A stretch of DNA of 64,000 nt from Chrysomallon squamiferum (taxonomy: Eukaryota; Animalia; Mollusca), in the NCBI GenBank assembly GCA_012295275.1, contig CM022679.1, positions 16,864,001 through 16,928,000 on the forward strand, written 5' to 3'. The first letter of the stretch is position 1; each line of letters begins with the position of its first letter. The position numbers and the translations under genes were made by a program. Of the stretch, positions 15,701 to 29,700 are shown one piece after another. The notes beneath the pieces were generated by a model. That model saw only the letters and a program-made list of their open reading frames with translations, was not told the origin of the DNA and ran no database searches.

Positions 15701-17311
15701 AACTTTATAGTTAACAGTTGTCTGAAGACCTTTGACCTCTTCCAAGATGCCAATCAAAATCTGTGACATGGAAGATGAGACATCATTGTAAACAGTCAGT
15801 TTGACTGGATAGAAACCAATGTCATCATATGCATGTCTGACGCTTACATGTTTATTTACAACAAGAAGTTCTGAGAATGATCCAGTCAATGTATTGTTGT
15901 CACCATAGTCAACTATGAAACTGATATGGCTTCCAAATTTTAGCTCTAATTGGAACTGTATGGATTCTCCTATCACTGTGTACAGTTTGTCTGCGTTTAT
16001 GTTTGGAGAAACAATTGCTGCTTGGATAACAAACACTGCTTGTAAATCCTGGTAACTGATTAGATTGGAGCAGTTCATGTCTAATCTGTGCCACCCAACA
16101 TCACTGGAATTATTCCACACCATTGTAAACATCAAGCTGTTGTTTTTAGAGATCTCATCAGCGTAGACAACCTTCATGACATCACTGTCTATGATCACTG
16201 CTGTGCAGGTAACAAAGGTTGGAGGAGAGACGTCCTGTGAGTATGTCACATGAACTGATACCTGACCAGGTGGAACAGGAAGAGGATCTTCAACTTTAAC
16301 TGAGAGATGTTTCACCTCATTGAGAACAGTCACATTTACTGGATCAGCATTGACAAAACTTATAACATTCATTGCTTTTACCCTTATACTATAATGTCCT
16401 GTTGACTTGTACTTATGCACTTTGGTAAACTGAGATGGTCCAGTTTTGTGGTTTATCAAATCAAAGGTACTGTTCAGTCCTTCCCCCATGTCAATAGTTA
16501 ACTTAACATCAGAGCCTCTGGCTAAATACACTGACAGAACAAATGTTTGTAATGCTCTCAGTACTGATAAGCTTACAGAAACATTCAGTCTATCAATTTC
16601 TTCAGCTACAATAATATCTTTAGTTAGAGTTTTGGAGCTGATTTTGTTTGAACAAGTAACTTTGAAAAGGTAATCTCCTAACTCATAACTATGTTGAATC
16701 ATGGTGGTGTTATCAAGAGACAGAAAAGATATGTTGATTTTCTGAGTTTGGTCATCTCCAAATTGACAAAGACAAATCAAGTCAGTTAAAACATGGGATA
16801 TATTGGAAACAGAAAGTGTAAATATTTTTGTAAATATATTATCACTGTTTTGCACTGTCAGTAACAAATCTTGAATTGAATTTTGAACACAGATTTCTGT
16901 GTATGCACTAGCTGAACTAACAGCATTGAAAACTGTAACATTTACAAAGTAGACATGTGCACTAAGATATGCATGTTGGAAGGAGATTGGTTCTAAAAAT
17001 GCAATAGTGATGTTGTGTTTAGTTGTTGAAGTGGTTCCATCACCATAGTCGATGTTGTAGGTGATGTGTGACCCCCTGGCTATCTGAAGAGTGAAAGTGA
17101 TGATGTGAGCTGTTTGAAAACAGTTCTGAGTTGTGCTGAGTGAAACTCCAGATATGACATCTTGATTGTTTTCACTGATAGCTGTAAATGATAAACACAT
17201 CATAATGTTGATGAAAAAAATTATACTGAAAAATAGTAAATAATTTAATTTGCAAGAAAATCAAATAAGTAAATAAAAATATTAGTAAGAAATATCTAAA
17301 TAAATAAATAA

Positions 17312-17347
<36 letters not shown>

Positions 17348-19578
17348 AATAAATTAGAGGCAAAGATAATTTCCATCATAATTATTATTTTAAACAGTTT
17401 GAAATAATTAATGAAAATAATATGGCTAAGTAAAAGATGGTAAAATAACACATTTCTAAACATCTCCCCAGCAGCTTATAAAAAATGTTAAAATACTTTT
17501 TTGGCAATAAATTTGAAAGCTTGACATGCAGAAAGAAAGCACTGATACAGATAGAGCAAGAAATATGCACAAAAAGAAAATAATAAGTACACATCAGCAG
17601 ACTGACATGCACACAACACACACACAGACAGAAAAAAGAAAAGAAATAAATGAAAGATTTCACAGCAAACTGCAACATATTTACTTTTAATGTCTGAGAA
17701 AAACTAATTTTTCCATTTCATCCCCAAAGACTTTCAATAACAAAGCAAGATTAAATCAAATATGGAAAGCAAATATTATAACTAAACAACCAGACATATT
17801 TGACATTTTGTATTTATCATATTTTGCCTTAAAACTCTTCAGGTATACAAACAGAGAGAGTATTACATACCTACGCATATAATACCAGGTGTTTCAGGTG
17901 AGTAGTCAGTATATTCAGGTTTACAAGTACAGGTGTATGTTCCTTCCAGGTTTGTACACTCAGCATATACAGAACAGTCATTCCATTCGGGATCAGAACA
18001 CTCATCAATATCTGTACAAAACAACAAACAGAGCAGAACAAAAGTACTGTGAATTGAAAGGGAAAAATGACAACATTAAAATGATTTCAGCCAGAAATTA
18101 ATAATTGTGAGGAAACATGCCATCATCACTTTATAGTTTATTTTTAAGGATTTTTTTACCTATACTTTCTCTTAGCAGAGAGCTCATATCTCAGTTTTTG
18201 AAAACATCCAATTGCACAGTGATGGAGAAATGTTATTTAATTTAATTTCAAATAATAAAATGGAGGTATGAGAACCAGAATGACCAGTTTTAATCCAAAA
18301 TAAGAACTAGATCTGCATCATATCAAAATTACTAGCTAAATGATTTAACTCAAGTGAATCTTATTTAACTGTACCCATGAACAGGCTTATGAGAATTACT
18401 TATACTTTTCATTATAAACTTTCATAATTTTTGCATCAGTCATTTAAAAAAATACATCCTGTAGGTTAAACCATCCTAATATAAGCCTCTCAGTTACAGG
18501 CTGAAGTGCTGTGATCAATGAGCAGTAACATACCAGTTACATATGTGTTGTTCAAATCAAGATAGACGTTCAGACTGGTGAAAGAGGAGTTGTTGTCAGA
18601 TAGAATCTCTGTAGTAAGCTGTGAAGAACCATCAGTGTAGTTGATGTTCATAAACACAGTGACATCAACAACAACACTACCTGCTCGAAACTGCTGTACA
18701 ACACAACCATACACCAGATTTTTAAATGATGCAGTCAGCACTTCCATCATCTGAAATTAACATTAAATATATATATAATAGATTCATTTCTAATTTCAAA
18801 TAATCAAGCAATTGAAAAGATGGAAAAAGATGTTGCGAGATTTACTTTGATAAATTCAAGTATAACGTAATTATAATTTAGTGATTATATTTTAGATATT
18901 TACAAAGGAAACAGCTGACAATTAACTCTGCATGGAATAAAATGTAAAACTTTCAAATTATTAGTTTGTGTAATTTTTGTTTTTGTTTATTTACCTTCTT
19001 AAATTTTGACAATAATTTTAACTGTATGCAACATGTGTACTCAGAATATAAAAAATAAACTGACAATAACTGTATAATAGAGTCAAAACATTAAACTGCA
19101 ATGATTTTAATTTTTAATATACATAATTCAACCCAGAATACCTAGCTTATAAATTTTTTTTATTTTAATGATTATAGTATTTATATATCCACAGGATCAT
19201 AAATCACAAGATAATAATAATGTTAAAATATACACACAGCTAATGAAATGAGTGATGATAAACTGGTTGCCTTCAGTGACTGCAAATCATCATACTCAGA
19301 TGAATAATTCATAAAATTATTTCCAGTTTTATACACAGAAAGTGAGGCATTGAATATTTTAGATTCTGGAAAAAAAGAGAACAGAAAAAAAAATACGTAC
19401 AAATAATTAAAAATATATGTTTCTGATTATAGGAATGAATATATTATGATGTGTTCTCACTGTTAAAATATAATCACTAATATTACCAGTTATTTACACT
19501 GTCTATTTATTATTTTATTTGCTTGCTTGTTTGTTCGTTTGTTTGTTTGTTTATTTATTTATTTATTTATTTATTCAT

Positions 19579-19610
<32 letters not shown>

Positions 19611-20710
19611 TTATTGTATTAATGCAATTTAAGAATTTTACTTTAATATTTTGTTTTTATACAATACTAGTCATTTATAAATACATTTTTCTTATTTAAA
19701 AACACATTATAAAAAAATGGGGTTGTTGGAGGACTGGAACAAATTAATGGTATTTCAGTTAATTTCAGTTGGGAAAATTGATTTGATATATGAGCAAACT
19801 GAGTTACAAGCTTGGTCATGGAATGAATTAAACTCATAAGTGAAGGTACCATTGTATATATATATATATTTTTTTTTTTTCATTATTTTTTAAATAAAAA
19901 GATGAAAAAAACTGGGTATATTATTTTTCTGCTTACTGAGTTACTATCAAATGTTAAGAAACCAATAATATTAACATCTGAGTATTTGTATCTATAAAAT
20001 ATATATCTATTCACACCAACATACAGACAGATATCTACCTGTGCAAACAAGAGGCTGGGTGAGAAAATAACCTGTATTACAGTGACAGGCAAAACTGCCT
20101 GGTGAGTTGATGCAAACTGAATGATCAGAACACGGGGATGATAAACATTCATCTTCATCTGAAATTAGAAAGAATATGCATATAAATATACACTGACAAA
20201 TGCATAGATACATTATGCATATTTATAAAAGTATACAAAAACATATATATGTGTGTGTGTTACTCTCTATAAATGAGTACAAAATATTTTTAGTAATTTG
20301 CTTAGGTTATAACAAAACAACTAATAAAGTAATCAATTAAAAAATATGATAAATAACTTGTTCAGTTAGTTGTTTTTACCACAGTTTTCAATATTAGTAT
20401 TGTTGTTGTTGTTGTCATTTACTATTTTTATTACAAGGTATCACAATCCAGTGAGAGTACTACTTGCGAGAGGGTTACCTGTGCAGGTTCCAGCACTGAG
20501 TACAAAGCCAGACTGACACTGACAGATGTAACTGCCTGGTGTGTTGGTACACAGCGAGTTCTCTCCACACACATTGTCTACACACTCGTTGTAATCTGAA
20601 ACATTAAATGTGTGATCTGAATTTACAGAAAAAAAAAGTGTATTAAAATAAATAAATAAATAAATAATATCTATCCACCAACTTACTTCCATTCTTGTCT
20701 ATCTGTCTGT

Positions 20711-20742
<32 letters not shown>

Positions 20743-23700
20743 TTGTATGTGAGTGTGTGCCTCCAAATTTGAACCAAGTAATAAAAATAAATAATAATTA
20801 TATTCTGGTCATAGAGTTATAATGGTTTTTGGATTCAGTATAAGTGTTATTGTCATTCACTGCTACATAGCACTTTTATTTTCCTTTTTAATATTATAAT
20901 TTTTACACTGTTTAGATATTTGTAAAACACAGACCTTGACATGTTCCTGTGATGTTTGTGTACCCAGTCAAACAGTGACAGGTGAAAGTCCCCGCCCTGT
21001 TCACACACCCCGCACTATCACCGCAGGGTTCTTCAACACACTCGTCTACATCTGAAAACCATCAAAGTTATTATCTGTTTCATTTAGCTAAAGTCCTGGC
21101 AAAAGTTTTCATTAGTAACAAATGGTCATCTTCATGCCCCTTCCTATATAAAAGTACATGCCAATGTTTAGGATAATACACTGGGTGCAATGGAAATTAA
21201 CACAGCTGAGGAACTGAGGAGGAATACTGCTCTGACCTGTTATAACTGAGGTTAATACTCTAACAACTAAACTAAACACAGATCCAGTTTGAAACACCAC
21301 TCAAACACAACTAATTAAAATACCAAATAAACAAAAATAAAATATTACATTCATTTTAAATCGAAATATATTATGAAGTATTCCAACTATTCCAGCCATT
21401 CCAACAAACTATTTTGGCTTTCTTTTCACAACATTTAATAAACAAATATATAATGTATATGTATATTTGTATGTATTTGTATTTTTTCTATGTTGACAGT
21501 AAAGAGATTACCTATACAGACACCATCATACTGCACAAAGCCGGTGTAACATGTACAGAGGTAACTTCCACCAGTATTGTTACACTGCGAGTTCTGTGGA
21601 CACACTTCTTCAAGGCATTCATTTATGTCTGATTTAGAAAACAAAATATTTTTGTTAGAAAATGTATGTAGTTTTCTGTTTGTAATTTATTGACTCATGG
21701 GTGCAGGTAAGGCAACTGTTCCAGATTCAGAAAAAATAATGTGGACAATTTGGGCAAAGCCAGAAGAAATTTGTACTTGTGTTTTTACTTGAATAGCTTT
21801 GGATACATCAATTCATCTGCCCCTAAACTATAGAGTTTCCCATTTACAGCTCTTAATAACAGCAAGTACTCTCTTTCTTTACTGAAAAACAATGAAATAG
21901 TGAGAGAACCACAAATACATCTGATTGATATAGGATTAATAATAACATATTATTAAAAGAAGATTCATGAATGTTTGTTACTAACACAAGATTTCTGAAT
22001 ATATATTCTAACACAAAAATTTCTGATTATCCATTACTAATACAAATGATTTCTGATTATACATTACTAATACAGAATTTGTGGTTATATATTAACTGTA
22101 CAGTAAATGATAATAAAAAAATTATTAAAAAAACAAAGCACTGCTAAATATTACCTATGCATGATTCTTGGTTTTTCTCATACCCGGCTAAACAAGTACA
22201 GGAAAAACTTCCATCACTGTTAGTGCAGACAGAAAATGGAGGACATGGGTTCAAATCACATTCATTGACATCTGAATAAAAATAATTGTAACATGTAATT
22301 ATAATAACAGTTCTAGAATTTTTCACTTTTTCTTTTTTTCATAAACTTTATTTGTTGTTTCAAAAATCAACAATTATTTTTGAAATTTTGCCAAAAGTCA
22401 ACAAATATTAATTTGAAGAAAACTGATGATGGTAAAAACATTTTAGTTTAAAAATTTTGAAGATTTCTTTATAAAATAAAGCAGACTTTCAGTATTATAG
22501 AGCAAAAACAAGTTTTCCTTTCAAATCATCAACACTTAAATGCCTGTTGCTTTAGTTTCATTTTGAAACAATCAACAATTTACTAAAGTCTTCTTCTAAA
22601 CTAAACCTGAATATCTAATTACTCATCTACATTCTCTAACTGAAACTCCTGCTCTATTATATCATGTTTTTTGTGAGTACAGTACAATGCATGGGTATTA
22701 TCTAACTGACAGTCAAAAAGTTTTTCCATTACATTATGACACAAAAAATTTAAATTGTTATAAACTTACCTTTACACAGACCATTAGTTTCAATATAGCC
22801 AGCTACACAGGAACAACTGTAGTTTCCTTGAGTGTTCAGACATTCTGAATGGGCAGGACACTTGTCAATCAAACATTCATTAACATCTGTCAAACAAAAT
22901 ATGTCAAACAAAATATGCATTATGTTAATTCTTAAAAATACCTTAATCTACATTTTCTTTATTAAATAGATATTCATTTTTAAATTAATTTTACCTGAGC
23001 AATATCATAAAGAACATTTTTATTCTTAGAATTTTATTGCATATGTGTAAAATACAAACAACCATACATACATACATCTAATTAAACATCTGTATATTTG
23101 TATATCTCTCTGTATGTTTACATGTTTGTGTGTGTATTTCTTTAAGTACATTCCAGTGTTGATACGTAATTCAAGGGTGTGGTATATGATATCAACCTTC
23201 ACAAGCTGCCTGGTTCTCTGTAAATCCAGACAAACAGGAACAGTAGTAAGTTCCTGCTGTGTTAACACAGACAGCATTCAGCTGACACGGACTGCTGCCA
23301 CACTCATCTATATCTGAAAACAACAACAATCAAACTAATACATTAATAAAATTAACTAATGGAACTTTACAAACAAGTAAATTAATATGTGTGTACATGT
23401 GTGTGTATGTGTGCTCGTGTATGGGTTGCTGTGATGTGAGATGTGTGACTGTTGAGTGCATGAGATATTGTGTTGTGTGTGAATGTGTTTGTGTGTATGT
23501 GTGTGTTTCTGTGAATATAAACATCTATAATGGGAATTTTCTCAAAGCTGAAAATTGATCAAGGAACAAACTTGCCTTTACATCCTTCAACATGTTCAAG
23601 AAATCCTGGTTTGCAGCTGCAACTGTAACTTCCCTCTGTGTTGATGCAGTCAGAATACTGTGGACATGGAGCTCTTTCACATTCATTTATATCTTAAAAT

Positions 23701-26700
23701 ATAAAATGTCACACAGACATCACATGCTTTTAAAATATATTAATTCACAAATAAATTATAAATGCTTAGAACTTTCATTATATATGTTTTACTACAAATC
23801 AGCTTATAATTAATGAGTAACTGGAGTATAAATGAACTTAAGAATTGTATTTTGAGGCTAAAAAACATATTTTTCCCTCACAAGAAAAGGTGTAATTTAA
23901 TAGCGACTCAGCACAACTGGATATACAAGAAAGATGGGAAAATGTCAACACCATGATTTATCTTGGCTTTATTATTTGATAAAATATAAAAGGTTAGTTT
24001 TCAGTGAACAAATCTGTTTATTATATCAACAGTCTGCAGTTACCTTGGCACAATGAATTCACCATTTTAAAACCTGTAATACATTGACAAATGAAGGATT
24101 CCAATGTCCTGTTACAAACAGAATTATGTGGACATGGGTCCAGACTGCATGGATCTGGAAATAAAATAAAAAATCATAGATTTATTTGAGAAAAAAACAA
24201 ATGAAATAAAACCAGTTCACTGTGCATTGCATTATAGGATTATGTAATGTGTCAATATATAATTAATGATAAAATAAATGTAATATGTAAAATGCCCCCC
24301 CACAAAAAAAACCCCACAACATTAAATCTAAAATGTCTCTGTAGTAACATTTATATTAAAGAAATCTAACATCAATAAATACAAGAACATTATTAACAAA
24401 CTTATTACTAAATTAAGTTAATAATAATTCTGATTGATTTGGTAACTCTTTAGAGACAATATAATTGTATATCAGAAAATCACAATAACCTAATTTATCT
24501 AAATATTTCATACCTTCATAAACTGAAGACATCTCAACCACAGATAAAAGTGTAGATGTTATTTCTATGTTTAAGGATGACACAGACGATTCATGAACAC
24601 ACATGTAGCTGCTGTTGTAACTGTTAACACTACAAGCTACTGATACACTGGACTCAAGTTGTAACATCTCACTGGACACTGACACAGTATTAAAACTATT
24701 AACAGAAATCATTTCTGTCAACAGACTTCCAGTAGAAGAGAAATCCGCAGTGTTTAAACTGATGGTCTTTGATGTTCCATAAGAAGGTAGCAGATGCTGA
24801 TCTGATGTGGACACACGTGAAGCTGAGTTTATTTCAAAAATTCCTGGGATCTGTGAATAAATGAGTTCCTGACTGCTACTGCTGTACAAAATAGAAGTAT
24901 CCACAACACTTTTGTTGACTTGAAGGTTACTGATGTCAGCAGTTCTTGTTGAAAGATTTATTTCTGATGACATAATTGGTACTGAAGTGTAAGTGGTCTC
25001 CACTGATAATGACAAAGTTTGGTTAACATCATACTGTGAAAGTGATGATGCCTGTGACTGATGTATAGATTTTAAGGTTCCAGATTCTGAAAATCTCTCT
25101 AAACTGTAAACTGAAGATTCATTTAGTGACTGGGAACCTGGATATTCTATTAGTGACAGTTTCTGTGACTGGTAGGCTGAAGATTCTGTTAGTGTCAGTG
25201 TCTGTGACGGGTAACCTTTAGATTCTATTAGTGACAGTGTTTGTGACTGGTAGGTTGGAGATTCTGATAGTGACACTGTCTGTGACTGGTAGGTTGGAGA
25301 TTCTGTCAGTGACAAAGTCTGTGACTGGTAAGCTGGAGATTCTATTAGTGAAACTGTCTGTGACTGGTATGTTTTAGATTCTGTTAGTGACAGTGTCTGT
25401 GACTGGTAGGTTGGAGATTCCATTAGTGAAACTGTCTGTGACTGGTAGGTTGGAGATTCTGTTAGTGACAGTGTCTGTGACTGGTAGGCTGGAGATTCTG
25501 TTAGTGACAAAGTCTGTGACTGGTAGGCTGGAGATTCTATTAGTGACAGTGTCTGTGACTGGTAGGCTGGAGATTCTGTTAGTGACAGTGTCTGTGACTG
25601 GTAGGCTGGAGATTCTGTTAGTGACAGTGTCTGTGACTGGTAGGCTGGAGATTCTGTTAGTGACAGTGTCTGTGACTGGTAGGCTGGAGATTCTGTTAGT
25701 GACAAAGTCTGTGACTGGTAGGCTGCAGATTCTATTAGTGACACTGTCTGTGACTGGTAGGCTGGAAATTCTGTTAGTGACAAAGTCTGTGACTGGTAAC
25801 CTGGAGATTCTATTAGTGACAAAGTCTGTGACTGGTAGGTTGGAGATTCTGTTAGTGACAGTGTCTGTGACTGGTAACCTGGAGATTCTATTAGTGACAA
25901 AGTCTGGGACTGGTAGGCTGGAGATTCTGTTAGTGACAGGGCCTGTGACTGGTAACCTGGAGATTCTATTAGTGACAGTGTCTGTGACTGATAGGCTGGA
26001 GATTCTGTTAGTGACACTGTCTGTGACTGATAGGCTGGAGATTCTGTTAGTGACACTGTCTGTGACTGGTAGGCTGGAGATTCTGTTAGTGACAAAGTCT
26101 GTGACTGGTAGGATGGAGATTCTATTAGTGACAGTGTCTGGGACTGGTAGGCTGGAGATTCTGTTAGTGACAAAGTCTGTGACTGGTAAACTGGAGAATC
26201 TATTAGTGACAGTGTCTGTGGCTGATAGGTTGGAGATTCTATTAGTGACAAAATCTGTGACTGGTAACCTGGAGAGTCTATTAGTGACAGTGTCTGTGAC
26301 TGGTAGGTTGGAGATTCTATTAGTGACACTGTCTGTGACTGGTAGGCTGGAGATTCTATTAGTGACAGTGTCTGTGACTGGTAGGCTGCATATTCTATTA
26401 GTGACACTGTCTGTGACTGGTAGGCTGGAGATTCTGTTAGTGACAAAGTCTGTGACTGGTAACCTGGAGATTCTATTAGTGACAAAGTCTGTGACTGGTA
26501 GGTTGGAGATTCTGTTAGTGACAGTGTCTGTGACTGGTAACCTGGAGATTCTATTAGTGACAAAGTCTGGGACTGGTAGGCTGGAGATTCTGTTAGTGAC
26601 AGGGCCTGTGACTGGTAACCTGGAGATTCTATTAGTGACGGTGTCTGTGACTGATAGGTTGGAGATTCTATTAGTGACAAAGTCTGTGACTGGTAACCTG

Positions 26701-29700
26701 GAGAGTCTATTAGTGACAAAGTCTGGGACTGGTAGGCTGGAGATTCTGTTAGTGACAGGGCCTGTGACTGGTAACCTGGAGATTCTATTAGTGACAGTGT
26801 CTGTGACTGATAGGCTGGAGATTCTGTTAGTGACACTGTCTGTGACTGGTATTTTTTAGATTCTGGTAGTGACACTGTCTGTGACTGGAAGCTTGGAGAT
26901 TCTATTAGTGAAACTGTCTGTGACTGGTAGGCTGGAGATTCTGTTAGTGACAAAGTCTGTGACTGGTAGGTTGGAGATTCTATTAGTGACAGTGTCTGGG
27001 ACTGGTAGGCTGGAGATTCTGTTAGTGACAAAGTCTGTGACTGGTAAACTGGAGAGTCTATTAGTGACAAGTGTCTGTGACTGGTAGGCTGGAGATTCTG
27101 TTAGTGACAAAGTCTGTGACAGGTTACCTGGAGATTCTGTTAGTGACAATGTCTGTGACTGGTAGGCTGGAAATTCTGTTAGTGACAAAGTCTGTGACAG
27201 GTAACCTGGAGATTCTATTAGTGACAGTGTCTGTGACTGGTAGGCTGGAGATTCTGTTAGTGACAAAGTCTGTGACTGGTAACCTGGAGATTCTGTTAGT
27301 GACAGTGTCTGTGACTGGTAAACTGGAGATTCTATTAGTGACAGTGTCTGTGACTGATAGGTTGGAGATTCTGTTAGTGACAAAGTCTGTGACTGGTAGG
27401 CTGGAGATTCTGTTAGTGACAGTGTCTGTGACTGGTAGGCTGGAGATTCTGTTAGTGACACTGTCTGTGACTGGTAACCTGGAGATTCTGTTAGTGACAA
27501 AGTCTGTGACTGGTAGGTTGGAGATTCTATTAGTGACAGTGTCTGTGACTGGTAGGCTTGAGATTCTGTTAGTGACAAGGTCTGTGACTGGTAAACTGGA
27601 GATTCTATTAGTGACAGTGTCTGTGACTGATAGGTTGGAGATTCTGTTAGTGACAAAGTCTGTGACTGGTAGGCTGGAGATTCTGTTAGTGACAGTGTCT
27701 GTGACTGGTAGGCTGGAGATTCTGTTAGTGACAGGGCCTGTGACTGGTAACCTGGAGATTCTATTAGTGACAGTGTCTGTGACTGATAGGCTGGAGATTC
27801 TGTTAGTGACAGTGTCTGTGACTGGTAGGCTGGAGATTCTGTTAGTGACAAGGTCTGTGACTGGTAGGCTGGAGATTCTGTTAGTGACAAGGTCAGTGAC
27901 TGGTATGTTTTAGATTCTGTTAGTGACAGTGTCTGTGACTGGTAGGTTGGAGATTCTGTTAGTGACAGTGTCTGTGACTGATAGGCTCGAGATTCTGTTA
28001 GTGACAGTGTCTGTGACTGGTAGGTTGGAGATTCTGTTAGTGACAGTGTCTGTGACTGGTAGGCTGGAGATTCTGTTAGTGACAGTGTCTGTGACTGGTA
28101 ACCTGGAGATTCTGTTAATGACAGTGTCTGTGACTGGTAAACTGGAGATTCTATTAGTGACAGTGTCTGTGACTGATAGGTTGGAGATTCTGTTAGTGAC
28201 AAAGTCTGTGACTGGTAGGCTGGAGATTCTGTTAGTGACAGTGTCTGTGACTGGTAGGCTGGAGATTCTGTTAGTGACACTGTCTGTGACTGGTAGGTTG
28301 GAGATTCTATTAGTGACAGTGTATGTGACTGGTAGGCTGGAGATTCTGTTAGTGACAGTGTCTGTGACTGGTAACCTGGAGATTCTGTTAGTGACAGTGT
28401 CTGTGACTGGTAGGCTGGAGATTCTTTTAGTGACAAAGTCTGTGATTGGTAACCTGGAGAGTCTATTAGTGACAGTGTACGTGACTGGTAACTTGGAGAT
28501 TCTGTTAGTGACAAAGTCTGTGACTGGTGACCTGGAGATTCTATTAGTGACAGTGTCTGTGACTGGTAGGCTGGAGATTCTGTTAGTGACAAAGTCTGTG
28601 ACTGGTAAGCCAGAGATTCTGATAGTGACAGTGTCTGTGACTGGTAGGCTGGAGATTCTGTTAGTGACAGTGTCTGTGACTGGTAGGCTGGAGATTCTGT
28701 TAGTGACAAAGTCTGTGACTGGTAAGCCAGAGATTCTGATAGTGACACTGTCTGTGACTGGTAGGCTGGAGATTCTGTTAGTGACAGTGTCTGTGACTGG
28801 TAACCTGGAGATTCTGTTAGTGACAGTGTCTGTGACTGATAACCTGCAGATTCTGTTAGTGACAGTGTCTGTGACTGGTAACCTGGAGATTCTGTTAGTG
28901 ACAGTGTCTGTGACAAAGATTCTGATGTGACTGGTGACCTGGAGATTCTATTAGTGACAGTGTCTGTGACTGGTAGGCTGGAGATTCTGTTAGTGACAAA
29001 GTCTGTGACTGGTAAGCCAGAGATTCTGTTAGTGACAGTGTCTGTGACTGGTAGGCTGGAGATTCTGTTAGTGACACTGTCTGTGACTGTGATTCTGATA
29101 GTGAAACTGTCTGTGACTGGTAGGCTGGAGATTCTGTTAGTGACAAAGTCTGTGACTGGTAAGCCAGAGATTCTGTTAGTGACAGTGTCTGTGACTGGTA
29201 AGCCAGAGATTCTGTTAGTGACACTGTCTGTGACTGGTAAGCCAGAGATTCTGATAGTGAAACTGTCTGTGACTGGTAGGCTGGAGATTCTGTTAGTGAC
29301 AGTGTCTGTGACTGGTAGGCTGGAGATTCTTTTATTGACAAAGTCTGTGACTGGTAGGCTGGAGATTCTGTTATTGAGATAGTCTGTGACTGGTAGGCTG
29401 GAGATTCTGTTATTGACAAAGTCTGTGACTGGTAGGCTGGAGATTCTTTTATTGACAAAGTCTGTGACTGGTAGGCTGGAGATTCTGTTATTGACAAAGT
29501 CTGTGACTGGTAGGCTGGAGATTCTTTTATTGACAAAGTCTGTGACTGGTAAGCCAGAGATTCTGATAGTGACAGTATCTGTGAATGATAAGCAGGTGCT
29601 TCTAGTTGTGACATTGTCCGTAAAGGGTAAGTAGAAGGTTCCGACTGTGAAAGTGTATATGTTTGATAAATGCTAGATTCTGGTAGTGACTCTGTTTGTG

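Noticed and set aside
25387-29634. Plus-strand ORFs of [13 protein letters not shown] repeats
   Set aside because: Antisense reading of the 39-bp repeat; they break at the same indels as the sense frame.
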